DNA of 59,676 nucleotides from Methanomicrobiales archaeon (GTDB lineage: Archaea > Halobacteriota > Methanomicrobia > Methanomicrobiales > Methanospirillaceae): the NCBI GenBank assembly GCA_026394765.1, contig JAPKXQ010000082.1:1-59676 (forward strand), written 5' to 3'. The position numbers and the translations under genes are program-made. The notes under the pieces were generated by a model. It was given only the letters and a program-made list of their open reading frames with translations. It searched no databases and had not been told where the DNA came from. Below, piece by piece: positions 38,719 to 48,752 of the stretch (within the stretch, counting starts at the first letter, position 1; each line of letters begins with the position of its first letter).

Positions 38719-39294
38719 TCACTCATAGAAGCCCGGTTCAGCGAGGGTCTCGTTAAAGACCCGGTAGTACTTCCCACCCGCGAGGAGGGTGACCTCAACA
38801 CGGTCCGGTCTCCTAGTACCCTGCAGGGTGACCGAATCGCCCAGTCCAATCAGGTCAGGATTTGAGAATGGAAGCGTCTTTTCTTCGATAGTTCCATCTG
38901 AACGGGTAACTTTGACCCGTACCTCACGGATGACACCCTGTCCGAGCCCTCCCCCATATGTCACAGAGATCCCAGAATAGACCCTGTCCTTCTTGACATC
39001 GATCCCTGGTTCTATGTAATCCGGGAGGGGGTCGATTGGACCGGGTCCCAGGGAGAGAGTAGGAACAGGTGTTGGCGTACCGGAAGTGGTCGGTTGAGTG
39101 GTCGTAGGCAGGGGCAGGGTAGTGGGAAGAGGAGTGGTGGGTTGCTGAAGAGTATTTGGCGGTGTTGGAGTTGGAGGAGGACCTGATGTTCCGCTGCACC
39201 CGGCAAATGTGAGCATAACGATGAGTATCACGACTGAAAAGGACGCAAGTAGCGCGCTTCTGATAAGGAGTGGTTTGATCAGGGGGAAGTGCAT
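38719..39294 (-). CDS. Secreted lipoprotein with a Thr/Pro-rich linker and a C-terminal beta domain (hypothetical)
   Basis: Signal peptide plus lipobox (LTFAGCSG), a ~50-aa TP-rich low-complexity linker, then a globular region of about 110 aa. I recognised no family. Confidence 0.6.
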   Translation of the reverse strand: MHFPLIKPLLIRSALLASFSVVILIVMLTFAGCSGTSGPPPTPTPPNTLQQPTTPLPTTLPLPTTTQPTTSGTPTPVPTLSLGPGPIDPLPDYIEPGIDVKKDRVYSGISVTYGGGLGQGVIREVRVKVTRSDGTIEEKTLPFSNPDLIGLGDSVTLQGTRRPDRVEVTLLAGGKYYRVFNETLAEPGFYE

Positions 39295-39551
39295 ACATGA
39301 GATCTCTCCCTGATCGTACTTGTAGCGAACCTATTGTCAAAACAGGATCTGAACGATTGAAAGGATTGGCCTGGACATGCTATGCATGCATGGAGGTCTT
39401 ATTAGGGATCTCGCGGCCCAGTTTCCAAAATATCAATTATTTACAAGTTTTTTTAGAAAATAACGATACTATAAAGAATTTTTTGGGCGTTTGGTTTCGA
39501 TACATTCAAACATACGTGATGGTTACCAATACACCATCAGGTGCATGGGGA

Positions 39552-40163
39552 ATGTACTGTCAGAAGTGTGGAAAGAAGACAGAGGCAGGGGGGAAGTTCT
39601 GTCCCTGGTGCGGTGGCGAGATCGTGCCACCCGAACCACCGCGCCGGATCCTCGTACGAAAAGGAGGGGGTGTTGCTACTGAAATCCATGGGGGGTTTGT
39701 GCGGCGGTTCGCAGCTGCTATCATCGACTTAATATTCATCCTCCTGATCGCGGCCTTTGCCACAGGCCTCTTCGGCCTCTCTGAGGGGGCCAGGATGATG
39801 TACCAGGCGGCACGCCACCTCCCGGTCACGACCCGTGATGGCGAAGTGGTCCAGGCCGCGATCCCAGTCCCAGTGGTCGTAACCATTATGGTCATAATCA
39901 TACTCATCCCATGGCTCTACTTTGCAGTGCTGGAGAGTTCTAAGAACCAGGGGACTCTTGGAAAGATCGCGCTCCGTCTCGCAGTAACAGACCACAGTGG
40001 TCGCAGGCTCACCTTTTCACGCGCCACACTAAGGTTCTTCTCCAAGTTTGTCTCAGCTATCGTCATCTTCATGGGATTTTTCGCAATAGGAGTGACCAAG
40101 AGAAAGCAGGGGTTTCACGACTATATCGCAGGGACCTATGTCTTCCACCAGGCAGAGAACTGA
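39552..40163 (+). CDS. Zinc-ribbon plus RDD-family membrane protein
   Basis: MYCQKCGKKTEAGGKFCPWCGGEI (CxxC...CxxC), then FVRRFAAAIIDLIF...LESSKNQGTLGK...VTD...FHDYIAGTYV (RDD pattern) with TM segments. An alternative ATG is at 39519. The ORF opens at 39297. Confidence 0.7.
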   Translation: MYCQKCGKKTEAGGKFCPWCGGEIVPPEPPRRILVRKGGGVATEIHGGFVRRFAAAIIDLIFILLIAAFATGLFGLSEGARMMYQAARHLPVTTRDGEVVQAAIPVPVVVTIMVIIILIPWLYFAVLESSKNQGTLGKIALRLAVTDHSGRRLTFSRATLRFFSKFVSAIVIFMGFFAIGVTKRKQGFHDYIAGTYVFHQAEN

Positions 40164-40191
40164 TGGATCATGAGGGGCCTTCCCCCCCATC

Positions 40192-40503
40192 TTATCTCTC
40201 ATCCGTTCCTGGCGGAGTACTATATCGGGAGAGCATCCGGTAGATCCTGTCATATCTCACCTTGAGAAATGTGATAACTCCAACAAGGGCGAGTGTCACT
40301 CCATTTGCAACCACGATGGGAGGAGACTCCACAAAAACCCCATATACCAGCCATAAGGTGAGCCCTGATGCAAAGCACCCCAGCATCCCATAGGAGAGAT
40401 CCCCTGCAGACCTGGTCTTCCAGACGCGATAGACCTGTGGAAGGAAGGAGAGAGTCGTGCATGCCCCTGCAAGATATCCAAGGAGCATTACGTGTTCGTT
40501 CAT
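40192..40503 (-). CDS. SemiSWEET / PQ-loop (MtN3-like) 3-TM transporter
   Basis: 103 aa. LGYLAGACTTLSFLPQVYRVWKTRSAGDLS (PQ motif) and three TM helices. Confidence 0.75.
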   Translation of the reverse strand: MNEHVMLLGYLAGACTTLSFLPQVYRVWKTRSAGDLSYGMLGCFASGLTLWLVYGVFVESPPIVVANGVTLALVGVITFLKVRYDRIYRMLSRYSTPPGTDER

Positions 40504-40545
40504 AAATGGAGATAGAGAGGATGCTTGCGGGTGTACAGGCTACGC

Positions 40546-40770
40546 TCAATCATATTTTCCTAAAAGACCGGCCCAGCCTGTAAAACCGCAGTATATGCAG
40601 CCGTCTCCCTCACAGTGGCGACATCTTTGGGGTGGTGCTCTTATGGTCACCGATCCTTTGAGATCGCAGTAGCGGCACCCTTCCCCGCCACAATGAGCAC
40701 ATTCTGCGGTGGTGAACTTATCAGGATCCTCTCCTCTTCTGCCTTCTGCTGACAACCCGGCCTCACTCAT
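40546..40770 (-). CDS. Small Cys-rich zinc-finger protein (two CxxC-x4-CxxC units)
   Basis: 74 aa. ...[16 protein letters not shown]...[16 protein letters not shown].... Its ATG overlaps the ilvD stop (ATGA). Confidence 0.6.
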   Translation of the reverse strand: MSEAGLSAEGRRGEDPDKFTTAECAHCGGEGCRYCDLKGSVTIRAPPQRCRHCEGDGCIYCGFTGWAGLLGKYD

Positions 40771-42443
40771 ACGACATCCCGGCAGAGAGTTATTGCGCCC
40801 TGGTCTGCCTGTGCCACGGTGGCGGCATATCGCGCAAGGACACCTTTGAGTGTCCGGGGTCTTGGCGTCCAGCAGGCCCTTCTTGCTGCGAGAGTGCCCT
40901 GGTCGACAAGAAGGTCAATGGTCCTTTCATGGAGGTCAGTTTTGATGAGGTCCCCTTCCTCGACAAGTGCAATTGGACCACCAATCACCGCTTCAGGGGC
41001 TACATGCCCGATACATGGCCCCCTCGTCCCTCCCGAGAAACGACCGTCTGTGACGAGGGCGACATGGCGGTACCCAAGTCCTATGAGCGCGGAAGTGGGG
41101 GCGAGCATCTCTGGCATGCCAGGGCCACCCCGCGGCCCTTCCCCCCTGATAACCACTACGTCGTTCTCTACCACCTGGCGTGCAAGGATGGCCTTCATCG
41201 CGGCAGCTTCTCCCTCAAACACGCGTGCCGGTCCGCTATGGGTCCACATCTCCAGGTCTACCGCTGCCGCCTTGACCACCGCTCCGTCGGGTGCAAGCGT
41301 CCCTTTCAAGATCCGAAGACCTCCTGCCGGGTTGACCGGGTTACTGATTGGGTGGAGCACCTCCTCATTCAGCACCCGGGAGCGATGAGCGATCGCAAGG
41401 GTGGTCATACCGGCCACTGTGGGGGTTTCATGGAGATAGGGAGAGAGCCGTGAGAAGAGTGCGGGGACCCCCCCGGCACGGTGAAGGGCGAGCATCGAAT
41501 GCGGACCGGCGGGCTGCATATAGGAGAGATGAGGTATCCTGGCACCTATCTCATTGAAGCGGGCGAGGGTGAGGGGGACGCCTGCTTCTCCTGCGATAGC
41601 CATCAGGTGAAGAACCGTGTTGGTCGACCCCCCAAGTGCCATATCGACCATGATAGCATTCTCGATGCTCCCGGGTGTGAGGATCTGGTCAGGGGTGGTC
41701 CCTTCAGCGAGAAGTCTCATCACCGCTTCACCACTCGCCCTGGCGATCCTGAGCTTCTCGGCATCTACCGCAGGAGCAGTGGCACAGCCCGGGAGGGACA
41801 TCCCAAGGGCTTCAGTGATGCATGCCATGGTATTGGCGGTATAAAGCCCCTGGCAGCTCCCGCAGCCTGGCATAGCACAGCGCTCCAGATCATGCAATTC
41901 CTCTTCGCTCATCGTGCCTGCGGCGACCCTTCCCACCCCTTCAAAGACATCGATCAGCGAGAGGTCAACTCCATTGAGTGACCCGGGGAGCATCGGCCCT
42001 CCGGTAAGGATGATTGTAGGGATGTTACAGCGAGCGGCTGCCATGAGCATCCCTGGGACTATCTTGTCACAGGTCCCAATGCAGACCAGGGCATCGAAAC
42101 GGTGTGACTCTACCATCAGTTCTATCGCGTCGGCGATGTTCTCCCGTGAGGGGAGGGAGTACCGCATCCCCTCGTGTCCCATCGCAATGCCATCACAGAT
42201 CCCTATGACGCCAAACTCGAAGGGGACACCACCCGCTGCGGTTATCCCCTCCCGGACCTTTGTTGCGAGTTCTCTGAGGTGAACGTGACCAGGGACGATG
42301 GTGTTCCATGCATTTGCCACCCCGACAAAGGGAAGGTCGAACTCCCGGCTGGTGACCCCGAGAGAGCGCAGCAGCGCTCTGTTGGGGGCGCGTTGGTACC
42401 CAACCTTCACCTCGTCGCTCCGCATCGTACTGTGCTTAGCCAT
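40767..42443 (-). CDS. ilvD: Dihydroxy-acid dehydratase
   Basis: 558 aa. ...[18 protein letters not shown]..., [34 protein letters not shown], and TDGRFSGGT. Confidence 0.95.
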   Translation of the reverse strand: MAKHSTMRSDEVKVGYQRAPNRALLRSLGVTSREFDLPFVGVANAWNTIVPGHVHLRELATKVREGITAAGGVPFEFGVIGICDGIAMGHEGMRYSLPSRENIADAIELMVESHRFDALVCIGTCDKIVPGMLMAAARCNIPTIILTGGPMLPGSLNGVDLSLIDVFEGVGRVAAGTMSEEELHDLERCAMPGCGSCQGLYTANTMACITEALGMSLPGCATAPAVDAEKLRIARASGEAVMRLLAEGTTPDQILTPGSIENAIMVDMALGGSTNTVLHLMAIAGEAGVPLTLARFNEIGARIPHLSYMQPAGPHSMLALHRAGGVPALFSRLSPYLHETPTVAGMTTLAIAHRSRVLNEEVLHPISNPVNPAGGLRILKGTLAPDGAVVKAAAVDLEMWTHSGPARVFEGEAAAMKAILARQVVENDVVVIRGEGPRGGPGMPEMLAPTSALIGLGYRHVALVTDGRFSGGTRGPCIGHVAPEAVIGGPIALVEEGDLIKTDLHERTIDLLVDQGTLAARRACWTPRPRTLKGVLARYAATVAQADQGAITLCRDVV

Positions 42444-42518
42444 GCACTCACACTGAGCCGAATATGTACCTGGAGAGGAGAAGAGCCCTTTGGAGAGTTG
42501 AGGGCAGGCGGCTTTGAC

Positions 42519-43943
42519 TTAAGATCTCTGGTAGGCCCTTGCAGCAGAGAGAAATGAGATGACAAAGTCCGTGGAGAACCATGCGTGAGTGTAGGTCCCA
42601 ATGGTATTGCCCTCGATGAGCCCCTCATTGCCAGTATCTATCCCACTCCCCCGCGTGAGCCGGATCGTGAAACGGGCGTCCCTGGAGCAGTCAACCCGTG
42701 AGTAGTGGAACTCGTGACCCTTGATCAAAGAGCCGGAAGGCAGAAATGAGGAATTATTTGTGACGGTCCCTTCAGTGTAGCCGAGTGCCTGGACACGCGA
42801 GGTCATTTCCGCCACGCAGGGTAGGAGTCCTGCCATAGGAAACGTCCCCTCATCGGTGGTGAGTGACTCTCCGAGCGAGAGGAGGCCCCCGCACTCCCCA
42901 TAGACTGGCATTCCCTCCGCACTTGCGGTCCGAAGTGCAGAGAGGGCAGGGGACTTCGAGAGGGCTTTTCCATGAAGTTCAGGGTATCCTCCGCCGAGAT
43001 AGATACCGTCGACCTGGGGGAGGGGGTCTTTGAGCAGGGAAAAAGGGACAAGGCGGGCCCCTGCGCGGGTCAGTTGCGCGAGGTTCTCCAGGTAGTAGAA
43101 GCAGAACGCCTCATCACGCGCAACACCGATTTTGACGTCACTCTCGCACGAGGTATCCGGGATGTGTGGGCAGGGAGATGGGGCCTTTGCTGTTTTTGCA
43201 GTGGAGATTATCGCGTCGAGGTCACAGTTTGCATTGATGACCTCAATTACTCCATGAGTCTCACTGGTCTCTGAAGCCATGTGGAGACCGAGGTGGCGAC
43301 TCTTCAGTGCAAGCCGCGGGTCGCGGGGTACCCATCCGAGCGCGGGAAGGGCAAGGCCACGTGTGATGAGCTGACGGTGCCGTGCACTCCCCACACGGTT
43401 GAAGATGACCCCTGCCACCTTAATGGTTGGATCGAAATGTCGATACCCAGATATGAGGGCATGCACGCTCCCCGCCATACCTGCAACATCTGCCACCAAC
43501 ACGACAGGTGCCCTGATGATCCTGGCAACATGCGCAGAACTTGCGTTCATGGACCCGTCCAACCCGTCAAAGAGGCCCATAACCCCCTCGATCACCGCGA
43601 TATCGGCTCCATCGGTCGCAGTACAATATGCTCTCAGCACACCTTGCTCTCCCATCATGAATGGGTCGAGGGTGAAAGACTGCCTGCCACAGATGGCGGT
43701 GTGATGGGTTGGGTCGATGAAGTCAGGACCGATCTTGAAGGGCTGGACCACCAGGCCCCGCTCTATCAGCGCACCCATCACACCCCGGGCGATGGTCGTC
43801 TTCCCACAACCGCTGTGGGTCCCCCCAATAATGACGGTTGGAACTGCCAAATTACTGATACTCTCCACCGTCAACTTAGGGATGGACCAGCTGGATAGAG
43901 TGCTCACTCCATAACGATTAATTCCCGCCCGTGAAATACGCAT
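42519..43943 (-). CDS. Cobyrinate / Ni-sirohydrochlorin a,c-diamide synthase (CbiA/CfbB family)
   Basis: VIIGGTHSGCGKTT P-loop, and a C-terminal glutamine amidotransferase domain with YGECGGL and HEFHYS. The CbiA and CfbB paralogs cannot be told apart by eye. The true start may lie downstream of the ATG at 43943. Confidence 0.8.
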   Translation of the reverse strand: MRISRAGINRYGVSTLSSWSIPKLTVESISNLAVPTVIIGGTHSGCGKTTIARGVMGALIERGLVVQPFKIGPDFIDPTHHTAICGRQSFTLDPFMMGEQGVLRAYCTATDGADIAVIEGVMGLFDGLDGSMNASSAHVARIIRAPVVLVADVAGMAGSVHALISGYRHFDPTIKVAGVIFNRVGSARHRQLITRGLALPALGWVPRDPRLALKSRHLGLHMASETSETHGVIEVINANCDLDAIISTAKTAKAPSPCPHIPDTSCESDVKIGVARDEAFCFYYLENLAQLTRAGARLVPFSLLKDPLPQVDGIYLGGGYPELHGKALSKSPALSALRTASAEGMPVYGECGGLLSLGESLTTDEGTFPMAGLLPCVAEMTSRVQALGYTEGTVTNNSSFLPSGSLIKGHEFHYSRVDCSRDARFTIRLTRGSGIDTGNEGLIEGNTIGTYTHAWFSTDFVISFLSAARAYQRS

Positions 43944-43959
43944 TCATAAGGGGATTCTG

Positions 43960-44406
43960 GTGAGGCGAGGGACGAAAAATTTCCCGGTCCTGGTCTCGGC
44001 CGCGGTGATGGTTATCATAATAGTAGCTGCTCTCTTCGCAACCGGGGCGATACAGAGTCTCCTCTTCCCCCAGTCAATACAACCTGGGGGGGATCACGTG
44101 GTGGTGGCATCAATCATCGCAGAGGCCATCCCTACCGATACCGAGGTAGTATTCCTAGCAGTTCCGAGAAGCGGGATCGAAGGCGACTACTTCATCTCAT
44201 ATGAACTTCTGGAGAACGGGGTCACTCTGGAGTCCGCAGCAAACAGGGCCTATAGAAACCTCTCCAGTGCTCATCCGTTTATGAAAAGGGTCGAAAAGGA
44301 GCCGGGGACCAATTATACCCTCACCATCCAGGTTACTGATCCCCTGGGAAAGATTCTCCTTGAAAAGACGCTCACCCATGAGGTCCCCCGCACCCCAGTC
44401 ACATGA
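43960..44406 (+). CDS. Membrane-anchored hypothetical protein
   Basis: 148 aa with a GTG start, one N-terminal TM helix (FPVLVSAAVMVIIIVAALFATGAI) and an extracytoplasmic domain of about 110 aa. I recognised no family. Confidence 0.45.
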   Translation: MRRGTKNFPVLVSAAVMVIIIVAALFATGAIQSLLFPQSIQPGGDHVVVASIIAEAIPTDTEVVFLAVPRSGIEGDYFISYELLENGVTLESAANRAYRNLSSAHPFMKRVEKEPGTNYTLTIQVTDPLGKILLEKTLTHEVPRTPVT

Positions 44407-44496
44407 AAGAGGACTTGGCGGACCACCTTCACCCGCGCATCACCGATTCAGGAACAGTCTTTTCTTCTTGTTTGCTCAGATCCTCCCTCAATGCAC

Positions 44497-46992
44497 TCAG
44501 AAACCAAACTGGGAGAGGGTGGTCCGTGTGGGGTCGATATCGTCCCATTGCCACCCGAGGGCCTCGATAATGCGCGATATTGGCTGTCTGATAGTCTTTG
44601 TGAGCATCAACTCGCGGTCGATCACAAACTCTGGAGGGACCTGGTCACCATACTCAAAACATAAGACATCGGTCTTAGGATACTTACCCTGGACCGATTT
44701 GATATAGACCCTCTTTGGCTTCGAGCCCTTGGCAAACTCGGTCCCGAGGTTATCATTGGCGTATTTCGCCCCCCGCACATGGGCATCAACATTCGCATAG
44801 GAGTCGAGCTGCTTCCCGATCCCCCCTGGGATCCCTATCTCGTCGAGGCTGAACTTACCGCTCCGGTAGTCGCGAATTATTCCGCCAAGGTATCGCTTGA
44901 CGGCTGGAAAGTCTTCGCCTTTGAGGATCATCTCCATGACCTGCCGCTGCACGTCCCTCGCAATTCCCGGCGTGTCGCTGCGCCGTGTCTCGAAACCAAC
45001 GATATCGATCTCGTCCACCACCTTGCCCTCTTTCCAGATTAGGTGACCTGCATAGCGCTTCTTGCGCCCGGACTGGAAGAACCGCTGGTAGATCTTCTCG
45101 AACTTGATAGAGAAGAAGTGTGACGCGGCGTTAAGTTCCCGTGCTGCAAACTCATTGTAGCTCGCATTAAGCCGCTCCTCTATCACGCCGGCGACTGCGA
45201 TCATGGCAGGGATGTCATGGCCTGGGAGGGTGACCATGCAGGAGTCGGTATCGCCGTAGATGACACGATATCCCATCTCCTCAATGACCCGGCGGGTGTG
45301 CTCGATTATCGCTCTCCCAACCGCGGTCACTGCAGACCCGATCTCCCTGTCATAGAGGCGGAAGCGGGGGAAGCCCGACACCCCGTAGTAGGTGTTCATG
45401 ATAACTTTCAGGACATTCTGCTGAAGGTCAAAGAGGACATACTCCTGGGAACCGAAGGGATGGAGGTTTCGCGCACGTTTCTTCTCGTCGCGCTCTTTTA
45501 ACAGGTCACTGATGATGCTCCTGGCAAGGCCATCGGGCTGCTTCTTAAACCGCACCCCATTGGGGGCACGAAGTTCACCTTCGGGGTCCTTGGTCTCAGG
45601 CGAGGCATTGATAGTCATCATCGCCATCGGATAGAGGGACTTGAGGTCGAGGACGATCACATTCTCTTTTAAGCCGTGACTAGCCTCAAAGACCGTCGCT
45701 CCCTCAAATTCTTCCGCATCTGCATTCCCCTTCGATGGGAGGACATAGCGGTTGTAAGCCTTTCGCAAGAGGTAGATATCGATGATACTTGAGGACGCGA
45801 GGGTGCGGTCGAGAGGGCAGCCCACGTATCGTGCGATCTCCCGATAGAATTCAACGATCCTGTTCTTTTCATTGATAGCGACACAGAGCGCGACGTCTTG
45901 GTGGTTGTACTCGACCAGGAGGAGGGGGTCATCCTTCCAGAGATCGATGATCCGGCCACGGTAGCGCACTTTGGTCTCACCGACCTCGGCCTCTGCCACC
46001 GCGTCGAGCCTGTAGGACGACCGCAGCGAAGGTTGCATCTTGCGGTACGCTGCGAGGAGGTCAAATACAGAGCGTCCACGTACTGCACTCCGCTCGGTCT
46101 GGCCATGGAGACGTGCGAGCTTCCCTTCAGGGATGCCACAGGCGGCCATTCTCCCCAGGATATAGGAATAGTCAAAGTCGGTGAAGTTCCACCCAGAGAG
46201 GATGTCGGGGTCGGTATCATGGATGAATGCTGAAAATCCTAAAAACATCTTCTCTTCGTTTGGATAGGTGAGGATGGTGTGAAACGCAGGATCAAAGCAG
46301 TGTTTCCCCCGGATTCCGGGAGAGGTTGTAAGGGCCTTTGCAAGGCTCCCTTCCGGGTCCAGGAAGAAGGTGGTGCTCTTTTGGGTGAATGAGTCCCAGG
46401 CACATATGCAGAGGACAGGGTCCCGTCCAGAGTCAGGGAACCCCCGGGAGTCGTCGCACTCTACATCGATTATGCAGGTCCGGACAGGGGCGTCCATCTT
46501 AATGGGCCTGATCTCAGAGTATTCGCAGGGACTTGACGGTGCTGCAACCGCTTCTGTCAAGCCGCAGTCGATCATGAACCTGGTAGTGAATGGGATATCA
46601 GCTTCAAAGTGATGGAACCGTGAACGGAGTTCCCGGACATCAGTAGGCTTTCCGGTATAGAGGCGTCTGAGAACCTCACCATGGATGGAGCGGTACGATG
46701 TCTTCTCTTCCAGGGAGGTAATGGGGGGCAGAGGGGTCTGGGTCAGATCTGCGGCAGCGATATAGAAGTAGGGACGAAAACCCGTTACAATTAGGCAGGA
46801 AGCGATGCCTGCAGAGTTCCTGCCATAGAGGTGGATGAGGGGACCATCCGGGGTAGTGCTGTACTCCACCTGTGAGATAGCGATTCTGATGCCGCCATCA
46901 GCATTCACTGGGTCTGGGGCCAGGTGAGGAGGGATGGAATATTCACCTGGTGTGCTGGTAGAGCCCTGCGATGAACTGAGCAGCGACGTCAA
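44497..46992 (-). CDS. polB: Family B DNA polymerase
   Basis: Exo I (IIDVECDD), DLKSLYPMAMM (motif A), YGDTDS (motif C), and a C-terminal PIP-like TTLSQFGF. The ATG at 46992 overlaps mdh by 50 nt. A GTG at 46908 is an alternative start. Confidence 0.9.
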   Translation of the reverse strand: MTSLLSSSQGSTSTPGEYSIPPHLAPDPVNADGGIRIAISQVEYSTTPDGPLIHLYGRNSAGIASCLIVTGFRPYFYIAAADLTQTPLPPITSLEEKTSYRSIHGEVLRRLYTGKPTDVRELRSRFHHFEADIPFTTRFMIDCGLTEAVAAPSSPCEYSEIRPIKMDAPVRTCIIDVECDDSRGFPDSGRDPVLCICAWDSFTQKSTTFFLDPEGSLAKALTTSPGIRGKHCFDPAFHTILTYPNEEKMFLGFSAFIHDTDPDILSGWNFTDFDYSYILGRMAACGIPEGKLARLHGQTERSAVRGRSVFDLLAAYRKMQPSLRSSYRLDAVAEAEVGETKVRYRGRIIDLWKDDPLLLVEYNHQDVALCVAINEKNRIVEFYREIARYVGCPLDRTLASSSIIDIYLLRKAYNRYVLPSKGNADAEEFEGATVFEASHGLKENVIVLDLKSLYPMAMMTINASPETKDPEGELRAPNGVRFKKQPDGLARSIISDLLKERDEKKRARNLHPFGSQEYVLFDLQQNVLKVIMNTYYGVSGFPRFRLYDREIGSAVTAVGRAIIEHTRRVIEEMGYRVIYGDTDSCMVTLPGHDIPAMIAVAGVIEERLNASYNEFAARELNAASHFFSIKFEKIYQRFFQSGRKKRYAGHLIWKEGKVVDEIDIVGFETRRSDTPGIARDVQRQVMEMILKGEDFPAVKRYLGGIIRDYRSGKFSLDEIGIPGGIGKQLDSYANVDAHVRGAKYANDNLGTEFAKGSKPKRVYIKSVQGKYPKTDVLCFEYGDQVPPEFVIDRELMLTKTIRQPISRIIEALGWQWDDIDPTRTTLSQFGF

Positions 46993-47806
46993 AGTTGCGT
47001 TCCTCCCATGGGTCGAGATTCCATTCTTCGATCTGGTGAACTCCTTCCCGGCCGATCACCGCAGGGACACCGATCGAGATGTCCTGGTGCCCGTACTCAC
47101 CAGCGAGTATGCATGAGCAGCATAATGTAACCCTCTGGTCCAGGGCGACCGCTCTTGCAAGGGCAATGATGTGGTAGGCCGGGCCAAAGACCGTCCCCCC
47201 TTTTCCAGTGATCACCTCCATGCTCGCGGTCCTGAGGTGCCCAAGTATCTCATCCCGCATACCCTCGGAAACCTCCATATTTAGCCTTGAAAAGATTGGG
47301 ACCTGGTGTTCCCCGTGTTCACCAAGGACTGACCCCGCACCTGCTATCTCCCTTTCATTCAGAGCGAGTGAGAACCTAGCACTATCGACCTGGCACCCGA
47401 AACCGATGCACCGACATGGGTCCAGGCCTGATCGGTCCTGGAGAAGCCGGTTGTTGGCGTCCATCGGGTTCGTGACCGTGATCAGTACCCCTTCAAACTT
47501 CCTGAGCGCACCGCCACATTCATGTGCGGCCGGGATGTTAGCCTGGAGGAGGTCAGCACGGGTTTTTACCGTCGGGTCACGGGCGATCCCGGCAGCAAAG
47601 ATACAGATGTCACAGTCCCGGACATCAGTCGTGCTGGTGCTGATCTCCAGGTCGATTCCCGTGTGGAGGAGGTCCAGTACCTGGGCTTGGAGAAGTTGTT
47701 TTTGGCTGTCGTAGAGGACGAGGCGTTTTGCAAGTCCTGTCACAGCAGCGAGGTATGCCACTTCGCCCCCTATCCTCCCTGTCCCAAGTACTGCGAGATC
47801 GGTCAT
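46943..47806 (-). CDS. mdh: Malate/L-lactate dehydrogenase family (LDH-like MDH)
   Basis: LAVLGTGRIGGEVAYLAA...LVLYD (Rossmann fold), ...ITVTNPMD.... 287 aa. Confidence 0.75.
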   Translation of the reverse strand: MTDLAVLGTGRIGGEVAYLAAVTGLAKRLVLYDSQKQLLQAQVLDLLHTGIDLEISTSTTDVRDCDICIFAAGIARDPTVKTRADLLQANIPAAHECGGALRKFEGVLITVTNPMDANNRLLQDRSGLDPCRCIGFGCQVDSARFSLALNEREIAGAGSVLGEHGEHQVPIFSRLNMEVSEGMRDEILGHLRTASMEVITGKGGTVFGPAYHIIALARAVALDQRVTLCCSCILAGEYGHQDISIGVPAVIGREGVHQIEEWNLDPWEERNFDVAAQFIAGLYQHTR

Positions 47807-47855
47807 GCTGCTTTTGTAATGCGGTGCCGCAGAATAAATACCTGGGAGGAGAGGT

Positions 47856-48752
47856 GTGATCCGTATGCTCGCCCTGAAACGAGGACCGATTCAAGTCGCC
47901 GGAGTGGCGCTTGAAAACCACCTCCTCCTCGCCGCAGGGGTCCTGGGAACGACAGGGTCCTCACTTGCAAGGGTTCTGCGGACCGGGGCTGGGGGTGTCG
48001 TGACCAAGTCTATCGGGCCATTCCCAGGAGGTGGTCACCCGGGGCCATGCCTTGTACCCCTTGAAGATGGCCTTCTGAATGCAATGGGACTTCCCAACCC
48101 GTCGCATCACTTCAGGGAGGAACTCGTTGGCCTCGCAGGGAGACCGGTAGTTGTGAGCGTCTTTGGGGGGTCACCTGAAGAGTTTGCAAGGGTCGCGGGA
48201 TGGTTCTGCGACCTGGCGAGGGGGTTTGAACTGAACTTAAGCTGCCCGCATGCAGAGGGCTATGGCGCGGCACTGGGGTCAGACCCAGAGATGGTCGAAG
48301 CCTGTACAAGAGCAGTCAAACGCCTGGGACTTCCAACCTGGGTGAAGCTCACCCCGAATGTTACAGACATCGCGGCTTGTGGGAGAGCTGCCGAACGTGG
48401 GGGAGCCGATGCCCTCGTTGCGATCAATACGGTGAGGGCGATGAGGGTATCAGTTGACCTCCGCAGGCCGGTTCTTGGAAACCGGTATGGAGGCCTCTCG
48501 GGAAGGGCTATATTTCCCATCGCGGTCCGGGCAGTATACGAGCTATATGAGGAGTGCAGCATCCCTGTCATCGGCTGCGGGGGGGTGAGCTCTGCGCGCG
48601 ATGTCATTGAGATGATGATGGCAGGGGCATCAGCAGTCGAGATCGGGAGCGCTCTTATCAACGACCCTGACACCTTCCGCAATATTGCCGGAGCGCTCTA
48701 CCAGGACGGAGGGGTCAACCCGGCCACCATCATCGGAGTTGCCCATGAATGA
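47856..48752 (+). CDS. pyrD: Dihydroorotate dehydrogenase 1B, catalytic subunit
   Basis: ...NHLLLAAGVLG...VVTKSI...NLSCPH...KLTPNV...NT...GGLSG...GCGGV.... The start is the GTG at 47856 or the ATG at 47865. Confidence 0.9.
   Translation: MIRMLALKRGPIQVAGVALENHLLLAAGVLGTTGSSLARVLRTGAGGVVTKSIGPFPGGGHPGPCLVPLEDGLLNAMGLPNPSHHFREELVGLAGRPVVVSVFGGSPEEFARVAGWFCDLARGFELNLSCPHAEGYGAALGSDPEMVEACTRAVKRLGLPTWVKLTPNVTDIAACGRAAERGGADALVAINTVRAMRVSVDLRRPVLGNRYGGLSGRAIFPIAVRAVYELYEECSIPVIGCGGVSSARDVIEMMMAGASAVEIGSALINDPDTFRNIAGALYQDGGVNPATIIGVAHE

Noticed and set aside
38960-39180. Thr/Pro-codon-rich repetitive DNA
   Set aside because: It encodes the TP-rich linker of the lipoprotein at 38719-39294. It is degenerate low complexity rather than a defined tandem repeat.
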